In this document: positions 10,137 through 20,418 of the stretch, in pieces | Numbering within the stretch: the first letter of the stretch is position 1 | Layout: each line of letters starts with the position of its first letter | Assembly: GCA_965230295.1 (NCBI GenBank) | Contig: OZ246001.1 | Span: 3,552,001 to 3,616,000 of the forward strand | Direction: 5' to 3' | Length of the DNA stretch: 64,000 nucleotides | Source: Marinicella sp. | GTDB taxonomy: Bacteria; Pseudomonadota; Gammaproteobacteria; Xanthomonadales; Marinicellaceae | The notes under the pieces: model-generated | The model's database searches: none | What the model was told of the DNA's origin: nothing | What the model saw: only the letters and a program-made list of their open reading frames with translations | Translations under genes and position numbers: made by a program

Positions 10137-11027
10137 ATGAAAGTGTTGTTGATCGGTGCAGAAGGACAAGTGGGGTTTGAGTTATGGAGAACATTACAAT
10201 TTAATCGAGAAGTGATACCCACCACATCTGATGGCCGTGAAGTAGACGGGATGACCACCATAAAGCTGGACTTGGCAGATGCGGCTGATATTGAAAAGAA
10301 AATTGATAACATCAAGCCTGATGTGATTTGTAATGCCGCGGCTTACACGATGGTAGATCGTGCAGAGTCAGAAAAGCAATGGGCTGAATTGATCAATTAT
10401 TCGGCCGTTGCAGTCATGGCAGCCGCTGCAAAACGAAATAAGTGTTTATTGGTGCATTACTCTACCGATTATGTGTTTTCTGGGGATCACAAATTTCCCT
10501 GGAAGGAAAATGACACCACCAACCCCAAATCAGTATATGGTCAAACCAAATTAGATGGTGAGCAAGCGATCATAGAAAGTGAATGTGAATACATGATATT
10601 TCGCACCGCATGGGTGTTTTCTACCCGCCGTCAAAACTTTCTAAAAACCATGTTGAGGCTGGCCGACAATCACCCGCAGATCAGTGTGGTTAATGATCAA
10701 CTGGGGGCACCCACATGGGCGGCCACCATCGCATTGGCGACCATGCTGGCTTTGAATATTCCAGAAACGGGTTTGTACCATTTAACCTCAAATGGTTCGA
10801 CCACCTGGTTTGGGTTTGCACAACGTATTTTTTCTCAAGCACAGAAAATCGGTTTGCTTGAAGACAAGCCAGAGTTGGTTCCCATTTCAACCAAAGACTT
10901 TCCTACAGATGCCGAAAGGCCCAAGTATTCTGTACTCAATTGCCAGAAATTTGAAGGTACGTTTAATGTTAAACTACCGCATTGGCAAACCACTTTACAA
11001 CTATGTATGCAAAGGATGAAACCATGA
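10137..11027 (+). CDS. rfbD: dTDP-4-dehydrorhamnose reductase
   Basis: GAEGQVG, NAAAYTMVD, YSTDYVF, YGQTKLDGE, DQLGAPT, RPKYS. Confidence 0.96.
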   Translation: MKVLLIGAEGQVGFELWRTLQFNREVIPTTSDGREVDGMTTIKLDLADAADIEKKIDNIKPDVICNAAAYTMVDRAESEKQWAELINYSAVAVMAAAAKRNKCLLVHYSTDYVFSGDHKFPWKENDTTNPKSVYGQTKLDGEQAIIESECEYMIFRTAWVFSTRRQNFLKTMLRLADNHPQISVVNDQLGAPTWAATIALATMLALNIPETGLYHLTSNGSTTWFGFAQRIFSQAQKIGLLEDKPELVPISTKDFPTDAERPKYSVLNCQKFEGTFNVKLPHWQTTLQLCMQRMKP

Positions 11028-12469
11028 AAATAATACCCGTCATATTATCTGGTGGCGCTGGTACCCGATTGTGGCCAGTTTCCCGAAAAGCTTACCCCAA
11101 ACCATTCATGCAATTGGCTGATGGTAAAACTTTGGCGGAACTGACTTTCGATCGCGCCATTGATATTTCTACAGAAGGTGAAGTTGTTACCGTAACTTCA
11201 AGAGATTATTACTTTTTATGCAAGGATATTTATAAGAAAAATGCCAAATGCGACATTGAAAAGCAGACATTTTTACTCGAGCCAACAGGTAGAAACACAG
11301 CCCCTGCGATTGCTTTGGCGGCATTGAAAGTACAACAGGCCTATGGTGATGAAGCCATCATGGTCATCATGCCGTCTGACCATTTAATCAAAGACATTGA
11401 TACCTTCAATGAAACAGTTAAACAAGCCGCTGAATTGGCTGGCCAAGGTTATTTGACCACGTTTGGTATTTTTCCAACAGCGCCTGAAACAGGTTATGGT
11501 TACATCAAAGCGGGTGAAAAACTCAATGACCAAGCGTCGGTGATTGACCAATTTGTCGAAAAACCCAATTTAGACGTGGCCAAGTCCTACTTGGCATCAG
11601 GAGATTACAGTTGGAACTCGGGGATGTTTGCCTTTCAAGTGGGTGGATTATTGGCAGCGATGCAAAGTACTGCTCCTGACGTGTTGATTGAATCTAAGCG
11701 ATGTTTTGAGTCAACAGACACAGCGGGCAACCAAATTGAATTCGAATTGTCACAGTTCATGCAATTACCAGATATTTCAATCGATTATGCGGTGATGGAG
11801 AAAGCACCCCAACGAGCTGTGGTTGATTCCAGATTTGATTGGAATGACATTGGCTCCTGGAATGCCATGGCCAGTTTGTCCGATTGTGATGATGCCGGAA
11901 ACCGCATTGAAGGCAAAGCCATAACCGTAGACTCGCAAAATTGTTATATCCGTGCAGGCGACCGATTGGTTGCAACAGTAGGGGTCAATGATTTGATGGT
12001 GGTTGATACCACTGATGCCGTATTAATCGCTCACAAAGACAAGTCTCAAGGAGTGAAGGATGTGGTGCAGTTTCTCAAAGCCAAAGATCATGAAGCGGCG
12101 GTGTTTCATAAGACCGTGCATCGCCCATGGGGCAGTTACACCATTTTAGAAGACGAAGATGACTGCAAAGTGAAACGACTGGTGGTCAAGCCCGGACAGG
12201 TGTTGTCATTGCAGCTACATCATAAGCGCAGTGAACACTGGACAGTGGTGTCAGGAACAGCCAAAGTCAGGGTAGGTGATGATGAGTTTCTTCTGGAAGC
12301 CAATAAATCAGTCTATATTCCTGTTGAGACTTTGCACCGCCTGGAAAACCCGACCGATGAAGACATTGCACTGATCGAGGTCCAATGTGGTAGTTATTTT
12401 GGCGAGGACGACATTGAAAGGTTTGAAGACATTTACGGAAGAATAGATGACAAACAAGCCAGTTCTTGA
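11024..12469 (+). CDS. manC: Mannose-1-phosphate guanylyltransferase / mannose-6-phosphate isomerase (ManC/AlgA/XanB type)
   Basis: ILSGGAGTRLWPVSR..YPK, EPTGRNTAPAI, ISIDYAVME, C-terminal cupin RPWG..SLQLHHKRSEHW. Start overlaps the rfbD stop (ATGA). Confidence 0.95.
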   Translation: MKIIPVILSGGAGTRLWPVSRKAYPKPFMQLADGKTLAELTFDRAIDISTEGEVVTVTSRDYYFLCKDIYKKNAKCDIEKQTFLLEPTGRNTAPAIALAALKVQQAYGDEAIMVIMPSDHLIKDIDTFNETVKQAAELAGQGYLTTFGIFPTAPETGYGYIKAGEKLNDQASVIDQFVEKPNLDVAKSYLASGDYSWNSGMFAFQVGGLLAAMQSTAPDVLIESKRCFESTDTAGNQIEFELSQFMQLPDISIDYAVMEKAPQRAVVDSRFDWNDIGSWNAMASLSDCDDAGNRIEGKAITVDSQNCYIRAGDRLVATVGVNDLMVVDTTDAVLIAHKDKSQGVKDVVQFLKAKDHEAAVFHKTVHRPWGSYTILEDEDDCKVKRLVVKPGQVLSLQLHHKRSEHWTVVSGTAKVRVGDDEFLLEANKSVYIPVETLHRLENPTDEDIALIEVQCGSYFGEDDIERFEDIYGRIDDKQASS

Positions 12470-13244
12470 TGCAGCATTTCTGAATACAGCCCTTGAAGTG
12501 GCAAAAACTGCCGCCAAAAAGGCAGAACTTGTCATCAGTGGTTATTATCAGGCCAATGATCTGGCCACAGAAGTCAAAGGCGATCATACTCCAGTCACCA
12601 TTGCCGATAAAGAGTCTGAACAAGTCATCCGTGCTGAAATCAGTGAAAACTTTCCTGAGCACGGAATTTTTGGTGAAGAATTTGGCCGGTCAGACAAAGA
12701 AGACAGTGATTTCTTGTGGTTAATAGACCCCATTGATGGCACCAAAAGTTTTGTTCGCCAATATCCGTTTTTTTCTACCCAGATCGCACTGATGTATCAA
12801 GGTGAATTGGTGGTAGGTGTATCCAATGCACCTGTGTTTGATGAAATGGCATGGGCGACTCAAAGTGGCGGCGCCTTTCTGAACGGAAAGCCCATCAAAG
12901 TGAACCCTGTTTTCGAGTCACACAGCTCATGTGTTTCAACAGGAAACATCCAGTCATTAGTTAACAATAATTGGCAAAGTTTTGGGAAATTGCTCACAAA
13001 ATTCAGTAAAATAAGAGGCTACGGAGACTTTTATCATTATCATCTGCTGGCTTCAGGTAAGATTGATCTGGTGGTTGAATCGGATGTGAATATTTTAGAC
13101 ATTGCCGCTTTGACATTGATTGTGAATGAAGCGGGTGGTGTCATCACCGATTTAGCAGGGAAGTCAATAGATTTACAAACCAGTAGTGTGTTGGCTGGAA
13201 CAGAATCAACCCATGCGTTAGGACTTAAAACCTTAAATGAATGA
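12447..13244 (+). CDS. Inositol monophosphatase family protein (HisN-like histidinol-phosphatase candidate)
   Basis: PVTIADKESE, GEEFG, WLIDPIDGTKSF, GDFYHY, DIAAL. Confidence 0.8.
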   Translation: MTNKPVLDAAFLNTALEVAKTAAKKAELVISGYYQANDLATEVKGDHTPVTIADKESEQVIRAEISENFPEHGIFGEEFGRSDKEDSDFLWLIDPIDGTKSFVRQYPFFSTQIALMYQGELVVGVSNAPVFDEMAWATQSGGAFLNGKPIKVNPVFESHSSCVSTGNIQSLVNNNWQSFGKLLTKFSKIRGYGDFYHYHLLASGKIDLVVESDVNILDIAALTLIVNEAGGVITDLAGKSIDLQTSSVLAGTESTHALGLKTLNE

Positions 13245-14019
13245 ATTATTGAAGGGCATTGAAGAATTGGCCGTCGTTGCCGGTTCTGCCATCTTGAAAG
13301 TATATGAATCAGATGATTTTGGCGTCGACCACAAAGCTGATGAATCACCATTAACCAAAGCAGATTTGGCATCACACAATGTGATCGTGGATGGTTTACA
13401 ACAACTCACTCCGGATATACCCGTTTTGTCTGAAGAATCGGCAGATATCGATTTTGAAGTTCGTAAAACCTGGGGTAAATATTGGTTGGTTGATCCTTTG
13501 GATGGAACCAAAGAATTCATCAAAAGAAACGGTGAGTTTACCGTAAACATCGCATTGATTGAGTCTGGGAAAGCCGTGATGTCTGTGGTCTATGTTCCTG
13601 TTACTGACATCAGTTACTCAGCTGCAGTCGGGGTAGGGGTTTTTAAACGTGAAAATGGCAAAAAATCTTCTATTGGCGTGATGAAAAACAGCCGTTTTAA
13701 ACCCACTGTAGTTGGCAGCAGATCTCATATGAGTGATGATGTGAAGTCATACCTCGATCGATTGGGTCAACATGATTTGGTGAGTATGGGCAGTTCATTG
13801 AAATTTTGTCTGGTTGCTGAGGGAAAAGCTGATTTGTATCCCAGATTGGGGCTGACTTCAGAATGGGACACCGCAGCAGCTCAATGCATTGTAGAGCAAG
13901 CGGGTGGACAGGTGGTGACTTTAGATGGTGAACCCCTGTTATACAACACCAAAGATTCTTTGCTCAATCCGTTTTTCATGGTTTTTGGCGATAAAAGCAA
14001 AGATTGGGTTAACATTTAA
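13237..14019 (+). CDS. cysQ: 3'(2'),5'-bisphosphate nucleotidase
   Basis: KADESPLTKAD, WLVDPLDGTKEF, EFTVNIAL, GSSLKFC, EWDTAAAQ. Confidence 0.95.
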   Translation: MNELLKGIEELAVVAGSAILKVYESDDFGVDHKADESPLTKADLASHNVIVDGLQQLTPDIPVLSEESADIDFEVRKTWGKYWLVDPLDGTKEFIKRNGEFTVNIALIESGKAVMSVVYVPVTDISYSAAVGVGVFKRENGKKSSIGVMKNSRFKPTVVGSRSHMSDDVKSYLDRLGQHDLVSMGSSLKFCLVAEGKADLYPRLGLTSEWDTAAAQCIVEQAGGQVVTLDGEPLLYNTKDSLLNPFFMVFGDKSKDWVNI

Positions 14020-14042
14020 CTGACTGACGTTCAACGGTTTTC

Positions 14043-14067
14043 AAAAGGGCCATTTAATGGCTCTTTT
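14043..14067. terminator. Bidirectional intrinsic terminator between convergent cysQ and hslR
   Basis: aaaagggccat-tta-atggctctttt. Confidence 0.7.
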
Positions 14068-14078
14068 ATTATATAAGT

Positions 14079-14477
14079 TCAGGACTTGTCTTTCAGCGAC
14101 TTGATGTCGCGCCTTTGCTTTTTGGTAGGTCTTTTGTCAGGTCTTGGTGTACTGTGGTATTCCATCTTTTTCAGCAAGCTTTGTGACTCTCTTTGATGCT
14201 TGCTTTCATTGGTTTCTTGATACAAAGTTTGTGCTATGGTGGCCGAACCTCGTTTGTCAGCCAGTCCAAGCACTTCGACTTCCCAAGTCACATCATTTTT
14301 CTTGATACTGATCAGGTCGCCAATCTGTACATTTCTGGAAGGCTTACATTTTTGACCTGAGATCTTAATTTTGCCTTGTTCGACTTGTTTTTTGGCCAGT
14401 GATCGAGTCTTAAAAAATCGACTTGCCCACAGCCATTTATCTATTCTAACCATATCGAATTGCTTTGTTTGTGCCAT
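14079..14477 (-). CDS. hslR: Ribosome-associated heat shock protein Hsp15 (S4 domain)
   Basis: VRIDKWLWASRFFKTRSLA, KRGSATIAQTLYQET, RPTKKQRR. Start at 14477 or 14453. Confidence 0.93.
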   Translation of the reverse strand: MAQTKQFDMVRIDKWLWASRFFKTRSLAKKQVEQGKIKISGQKCKPSRNVQIGDLISIKKNDVTWEVEVLGLADKRGSATIAQTLYQETNESKHQRESQSLLKKMEYHSTPRPDKRPTKKQRRDIKSLKDKS

Positions 14478-14505
14478 AAAAAAGGGCACCCAAGGGGCGC
14501 CCTTT
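14478..14505 (-). terminator. Intrinsic terminator after the 954-aa secreted protein
   Basis: Minus strand aaagggcgccc-ctt-gggtgccctttttt. Confidence 0.75.
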
Positions 14506-14528
14506 GTATTGTAAACGAAAATCAGAAG

Positions 14529-17393
14529 TTATGGAGCAGGTGCTTCACAACCAGTAACCCTGACATCGTCAATGACCCAACCTGCAGGTCGACCTAATGA
14601 AATGTCAGAAGTCATGCGGAAGGCAAACTGAACATCCTGACCAGCATAGGCGTCAATGTTTACACTGAATTCAGTGGCAGCCATTGGGTCACCACACCAT
14701 GCTTGTGTACCAGCTGGTAATGGATGACTGAATCCTCCAGCTGTAGGTCCATCATAGTCATTGGCTATGATGTCAGCATTGGTGACTTGGGTAAACGGTC
14801 CGCCGCCCACTGAAACTTCAAGGGTTGCTGAATCATAACAACCAGGTGCATTCGATTCAATGGTCTGCGTGTTCCAGAATCTCAACGTCAATGGTCCAAC
14901 ACCATTAGGCAAGGACATGACAGGTGTTAATAAACTGGTGTCATTCACTTCAGCCAAATCATCAGCCTGGAATGCTTGAGTTCCGCCATTACCAACAGCT
15001 TCTAAGGCCCAGTTGGTTTGACCCACTTGGGTATCGATGGTGAAACCTTCGTCATCCACATCAAAATCATAAGCGAATTGATCAGTGATCACAGTACCTG
15101 CCGCACAGGTACCCGGTGCCACGCTGGTGGTGAATGAGAATATGGCACTAACAGATGTGTCACATGAGTTGGTTGCACTGACACGCCAGAAATGCTCTGT
15201 ATCTGAAGCCAACGGGTTTGTAGTCGTATAAGTATTGGTACTTACAGTGGCCGAATCAACAATGTTGGTAAATGCCAAATCAGTTGCAATCTCAATTAAG
15301 TAAGATTCTGCATTAGCCATGGCATCCCAAGTAAATGTTGGTGTTGCTAGTACACCAGTGGCGGTATCGGCAGGTGCTGTTAAATTAGCAGAACCTGGTG
15401 CCCCATCGGCATAGAAGAAGTCAATGACCACATCTTTAACGATGTCTGGAATGACCACAGGTGCTTCAAAGCCGCCAGCAAAAATCAGATCAGGAGCGCC
15501 GGGATCAGGCACACCTGGACCGGTTGCTCTGATGGTCATGGTGGTAGGGCCATTGGTGCCCGAATTGTCAACATCAAAGCTGTAGTTTGATGTGGCATCT
15601 GGTACCACCATGTCAGGTGATATCACTCCATTGGTAACAAAACCAGGTATATCAAACTCGGTCAAAGTCACAGTTTCTGCATAACCTTGTAGTGCTGTTA
15701 CATCAAAGTCAATGGAGTAACTGCTGCCAGAGCAGACACTGATTGATGCAGGATTGGCACCAATGTTGAAAGATGCAGAACCGAATTGGTTCTCAGCCAA
15801 ACCCACTATCGTGTTGGTTGGTGCACCCCGGTGATCTGTCCAGATCATGGCCAGCTTGTCGTTGACTACTGATAAACCATTGTAATCTCCCCATTCGAAA
15901 TTACCAGCGATGTTGGTAGAAGTAACGGTTGAGATCCTTTGTGCCCCTTCCGGTAACCATGATGCACCGCCATCAGTCGATACATTGTAGTAAAAATCAA
16001 CGCCAGTTCTGTTGACTGAGTTTCGGGTGTCATAGAAACCAATATGAATTTCGTCACTGTTGCCAACCATCATCCATGGGTGGAATCTGTCAATGGCATT
16101 ATTTGATCCACCTGAAAGCGGGCCATCTTCTGGATGAGGTTTGGGTAATTCATTCCATGTAGCACCAGCATCTGTTGATTTGAACACACGAATTTCGCCG
16201 CGGTTGGCTGATGCCACAGTTTGTCCGCCACCGGCACTGTCTGCAGTTTCATCTGTGATCGCAACATAAATGTTGTCATTGGAATCTACATCTACAGCAG
16301 CATAAATGAACACTTCACGTGTTTCCATGGCAGGAATGGGGAAGTCAAAACGCCCTCTGATGGGGGTCACTTGAACCACCGGGTCAAAGGTTAAACCGCC
16401 ATCGGTTGATTTGGTTAAATTGATACCCGAACCGTTTAAGCCAGGATAAATGTAGTAGATGTTACCAGCTGAGTCGGTGGTGATGTCACTACCAATTCCG
16501 GTGTCAGTACCCACATTGATAGGGGTCGACCAAGTCTCACCGTTATCAGTTGATCTTGAAAAGCGCATTTGATTGTTTTTATGGTAGGTGATGTAGACAT
16601 TATCAACATGCGGTGACGAAGGTGATCGGTCCACGTGAATGAACTCTTTGTCATTTTGCTGATCGCCATCAATGGTGATCATTGGGGCCCAAGTTTGGCC
16701 GCCATCATCTGACCAGGATGCACGGATGTTACAAACTGCACCACAGTTACCTAAGTCTGCTTGGTAAACCCTTTGAGGAGACACTGCAGTGGTTGACCAA
16801 TCAACTGTTGGATCACAGCATGAACCTGGGTTAACTTGTGACAAAGTCCAAGTTTCACCACTATCTGTACTGTAAAACATGGATTGACCGCCACCCGCAT
16901 TGACACCAGCCACAGCTTGTGTGGGGTCATCAGGGTTGAATTCTATGGTTGACTCGGCGCCTGCGGTTAACAGAACCTCCAGATCTGGATCAACCACACC
17001 ACCACGGTAATTTTTATCTTGTGTGCCATCTAAATTATTTGGATGATGATATAAACCCAAACCTTCTTTGTACCAATTACCATCGATGATTAAACCACCG
17101 TAATTGATCAAAAAGGTTTGATAAAGTTCTCTGGGGTAGAAATCACCAATACCTGGATTTTGTTTACGTGCCCAAACCTTATAGAACACGGGGACATTTC
17201 TAAGGTATTGATCATTTTCCGGTAAAAGTGCCAAGTCTGATGCTGTGAGCTGATAGTTTCTATCATCCCAAGGACCATATTGAGTTAAAGATGAATAATC
17301 AACGGATTGATCAACACCCAGTTCTTGTCTTATTTCTGCAAAGGCAGTGAAGCTCATTGTCAAAAACAAAACGATTAAAAATCTAATTTTCAT
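14529..17393 (-). CDS. Large secreted BNR/Asp-box beta-propeller (sialidase-fold) protein with Ig/FN3-like and C-terminal beta-sandwich domains
   Basis: Signal peptide; six S(T/D)DxGxT/S(W/F) Asp-box repeats; WGDYNG; PTFTW..Y..IATD..F..FWRV FN3-like module; internal DLIFAGGFE. Confidence 0.8.
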   Translation of the reverse strand: MKIRFLIVLFLTMSFTAFAEIRQELGVDQSVDYSSLTQYGPWDDRNYQLTASDLALLPENDQYLRNVPVFYKVWARKQNPGIGDFYPRELYQTFLINYGGLIIDGNWYKEGLGLYHHPNNLDGTQDKNYRGGVVDPDLEVLLTAGAESTIEFNPDDPTQAVAGVNAGGGQSMFYSTDSGETWTLSQVNPGSCCDPTVDWSTTAVSPQRVYQADLGNCGAVCNIRASWSDDGGQTWAPMITIDGDQQNDKEFIHVDRSPSSPHVDNVYITYHKNNQMRFSRSTDNGETWSTPINVGTDTGIGSDITTDSAGNIYYIYPGLNGSGINLTKSTDGGLTFDPVVQVTPIRGRFDFPIPAMETREVFIYAAVDVDSNDNIYVAITDETADSAGGGQTVASANRGEIRVFKSTDAGATWNELPKPHPEDGPLSGGSNNAIDRFHPWMMVGNSDEIHIGFYDTRNSVNRTGVDFYYNVSTDGGASWLPEGAQRISTVTSTNIAGNFEWGDYNGLSVVNDKLAMIWTDHRGAPTNTIVGLAENQFGSASFNIGANPASISVCSGSSYSIDFDVTALQGYAETVTLTEFDIPGFVTNGVISPDMVVPDATSNYSFDVDNSGTNGPTTMTIRATGPGVPDPGAPDLIFAGGFEAPVVIPDIVKDVVIDFFYADGAPGSANLTAPADTATGVLATPTFTWDAMANAESYLIEIATDLAFTNIVDSATVSTNTYTTTNPLASDTEHFWRVSATNSCDTSVSAIFSFTTSVAPGTCAAGTVITDQFAYDFDVDDEGFTIDTQVGQTNWALEAVGNGGTQAFQADDLAEVNDTSLLTPVMSLPNGVGPLTLRFWNTQTIESNAPGCYDSATLEVSVGGGPFTQVTNADIIANDYDGPTAGGFSHPLPAGTQAWCGDPMAATEFSVNIDAYAGQDVQFAFRMTSDISLGRPAGWVIDDVRVTGCEAPAP

Positions 17394-17552
17394 TAAAATA
17401 CCTCTCTCTTTTTTATAATGTTGGAAAAGCGATGATAAGTGGTGGATTCACCAATTACAAGTAAGAATTAGATTAATATTAGAAAAATTATATGTAAGTT
17501 ATTTTTTGCTTAAATATTGCACACAATTCACCTGGTTTTAAACAATCGTTTG

Positions 17553-18836
17553 TTACAATTCTTTCTTCGGTGGAACCAGTAAATTGCCCACCAACAATCC
17601 AACTGATATGGCGACAGCAATTAACACGGCATTGAATGCAGCTTGTACTCCTGTCATGGTGTCATTGGTGTACATGGCAGATAAAGAATTAAACCCGATG
17701 CTGCCAGGAACCAACAATATGATGCCCGGGATATGCATCACCGAGGCCGGGTTTGAACTGATTCTTGAGTATATATTTCCGGCGATAGAAACCAACATGA
17801 CCGCAACCAAGGATTTAAAGGGTTGTTCCATCCACAAACCAATGAAACTTGAACCCAGGTAAGCCAAAGCAATGGATAGGAAAATCCAAAAAGTGTCAGC
17901 CATTCTGGCTTTGAATAGTACTGAAAAACACAAGGCTGTAACCACCAAAGCCAAATAACTGAACCATGTAGGAACGGCATCAAGTTTATGTACTTCTGTT
18001 TCACCATAAATACTTTGGGCCACTAGATAACCCAATGCCAGGCCAAAAGACAACAGGAACAGCGTGGTCACCGCACCTGCCATTCGGCTGCTTCCTGAAA
18101 CCAAATGTCCTGTTGATAATTCCCTCATGGCCACAGTGATGCCTAGCCCGGGCACCAAAATAATCAGTCCGGCCAAAGATACCAAGAAATGATCGATCGT
18201 TTGCCAGTAATGACTGATGGTTACGGCTGTAAATCCGACGATCATGGCAGCCAAAGGTGTCAGTAATTGCGACAAGTATTTGAAGGGTGCACTGTAGATG
18301 GTGATGATGCCGGTGATTAAACCCAAAATTGATGCGGTTATGACATCTGACCAACTGCCAGAAAACAGGGTTGTGAAGCCACCACCAACAACACCAAAAG
18401 ACAAAGCAAACAGCCAGTTAGGGTATTCATTAGGTTTGTTGGTGATGTCTTTTATGGACTTCAATGCGGTATCAAGATCGATGACATCATTCTCAAGCTT
18501 ATTGATGACCGCATTGATGGTGTGCAAAGTGTTGAGGTTGATGTCATTGGGATTGGTTTTGATCATGTAAGAACGCTGGCTGTATTCATCTTCACCAATG
18601 CTGGCCAAGACAGCCGTGGGCATGGCAAAGAAACTGGCAGCCAGATCAAACTTGTCCGAGATCACTTGCATGTAGGACTCTAACCTATGGGCAGGGGATC
18701 CTGCTTCAGAAATGGCTCGACAGATGTGTAATAAAATGTTGGCTTGTTTCCGGCGAGTGACTCGATCACGTTTCCGGTTATCTTGGTTGACCGCGTCAGG
18801 AAGGTGACTGCCTTTTAATTGTCGTTCTTTGGCCAT
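17553..18836 (-). CDS. Threonine/serine exporter (ThrE family, fused two-domain)
   Basis: GSPAHRLE, LIILVPGLGITVAMREL..GHLVSG..R, PGIILLVPGS; many TM segments. Confidence 0.88.
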   Translation of the reverse strand: MAKERQLKGSHLPDAVNQDNRKRDRVTRRKQANILLHICRAISEAGSPAHRLESYMQVISDKFDLAASFFAMPTAVLASIGEDEYSQRSYMIKTNPNDINLNTLHTINAVINKLENDVIDLDTALKSIKDITNKPNEYPNWLFALSFGVVGGGFTTLFSGSWSDVITASILGLITGIITIYSAPFKYLSQLLTPLAAMIVGFTAVTISHYWQTIDHFLVSLAGLIILVPGLGITVAMRELSTGHLVSGSSRMAGAVTTLFLLSFGLALGYLVAQSIYGETEVHKLDAVPTWFSYLALVVTALCFSVLFKARMADTFWIFLSIALAYLGSSFIGLWMEQPFKSLVAVMLVSIAGNIYSRISSNPASVMHIPGIILLVPGSIGFNSLSAMYTNDTMTGVQAAFNAVLIAVAISVGLLVGNLLVPPKKEL

Positions 18837-19410
18837 GGTAGTGATGAATGATTCTGAATAAAATCAATGTTAACCCGATTCCGGTATATATCAAAGGTTC
18901 AGTTATATCAGATTTAACTAACCACACAAAATGTAAGCATCCTAAGCCAATGACCAGATAAATACTTTGATGCAAACGTTTCCATTTTTTACCCATTTTT
19001 CTGATCATCCGCTTGTTTGAAGTGATGGCCATGGGTAACATCAACAGCCAAGCCAACATGCCAACTGTGATGTACGGTCTTTCGAGGACATCTTCAAAAA
19101 AGTGGCCCCAGTTCAGGCCTAAATCTAACCAAACATAAACGGTGAGGTGGAGACATGCATAGAAAAAAGTGAACAGCCCCAGCATGCGTCTGAGTCTGAT
19201 GAATAGGGCTGAACCAGTGAGTACCTTCATTGGTGTCATGGCCAGAGTGACCAATAAAATTCTCAAGGTCCAGATACCAGTGCGGTGTAAAATCTCCTCA
19301 ATTGGATCAGCGGTTAAATTGTTTTGAAAACCATCATAAACAATCATGCCCAAAGGGATCAGGCATACCATGAAAAGCAAAACTTTAATGGTGGTGAGGT
19401 GTCGAATCAT
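18796..19410 (-). CDS. msrQ: Methionine sulfoxide reductase heme-binding membrane subunit
   Basis: HRTGIW, RRMLGLFTFFYACLH, RPYITVG, TSN, WKRLH; adjacent to msrP. Confidence 0.95.
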   Translation of the reverse strand: MIRHLTTIKVLLFMVCLIPLGMIVYDGFQNNLTADPIEEILHRTGIWTLRILLVTLAMTPMKVLTGSALFIRLRRMLGLFTFFYACLHLTVYVWLDLGLNWGHFFEDVLERPYITVGMLAWLLMLPMAITSNKRMIRKMGKKWKRLHQSIYLVIGLGCLHFVWLVKSDITEPLIYTGIGLTLILFRIIHHYHGQRTTIKRQSPS

Positions 19411-20345
19411 CAATACAGCTTGGTCAAATCCATGCCTTTATACATATCAGCCACATAATCACCATAGCCATTGAACATTTGCGTTTTGATGCGGCTGTTA
19501 AACAGTGAGAATCCACCGGTGATGCGCCTTTCGGTGGCTTGTGACCACCTGGGATGATCAACCTCGGGATTGACATTGGCATAAAAGCCATATTCCTGAG
19601 GCGCAATGGCTTGCCAGGAATTGATGGGTTGCTGATCAAGGAATTTGATTTTTACAATCGACTTAATGCCTTTGAATCCATATTTCCATGGTGTAATCAA
19701 ACGCAATGGAGCGCCATTTTGATTAGGCAGCTTTTTGCCATACATGCCCACAGTCATCAAAGTGAGTTCATTCATCGCTTCATCCATACGCAGCCCTTCA
19801 CGGTAGGGCCATGGGATTGATCTGCCATTTTGGCCTGGCATTTGCTTGGGGTCATACAGTGTTTCAAAATAAACATACTTGGCAGAACTCAATGGTTTGC
19901 AATACTTAACCAAATCTGCCAATTTAAAGCCCATCCAGGGAATCACCATTGACCAGGCTTCAACGCAGCGCATGCGATAGACCCTTTCTTCAATTTGAAA
20001 GTTGCTGATCAGTTTTTCTAAGTCAAATTGGCCCTTGTTCTCACACAACCCTCCAATCTCTACTGACCAAGGATCAGTTACGAGTGAATGTGAGTTTTCA
20101 GCAGGATCAGATTTTGACAAGCCAAACTCGTAAAAATTATTGTAAGTGGTGGCATCTTTTTCTTCTGTTAACTCCTCAATTTTGAATTGATCGTTGGTTT
20201 TTGCAGGTGGTAACTTCAGTGCCATGGCCGAATTAGATAACAATCCAGCGGCGCCAATGATGCCAGCTTGAATCAATTTGCGTCGACTTTTATAGATGCT
20301 TTCATCTGTGACTTGGTGGTCTTTGTGGGTGTTTTTAAATTTCAT
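19410..20345 (-). CDS. msrP: Periplasmic molybdoenzyme methionine sulfoxide reductase
   Basis: Tat motif SRRKLI, YNNFYEFG, RMRCVEAWSM, QNGAPLRL..PWKYGFK, HPRWSQA. Start uncertain (20345/20369). Confidence 0.96.
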   Translation of the reverse strand: MKFKNTHKDHQVTDESIYKSRRKLIQAGIIGAAGLLSNSAMALKLPPAKTNDQFKIEELTEEKDATTYNNFYEFGLSKSDPAENSHSLVTDPWSVEIGGLCENKGQFDLEKLISNFQIEERVYRMRCVEAWSMVIPWMGFKLADLVKYCKPLSSAKYVYFETLYDPKQMPGQNGRSIPWPYREGLRMDEAMNELTLMTVGMYGKKLPNQNGAPLRLITPWKYGFKGIKSIVKIKFLDQQPINSWQAIAPQEYGFYANVNPEVDHPRWSQATERRITGGFSLFNSRIKTQMFNGYGDYVADMYKGMDLTKLY

Positions 20346-20418
20346 GAGGTTTAGCTTGGTATTTTTCATAAATATACTACAATTCAAGACACTCCAACGT
20401 GAAAATTCTTACAAATAA

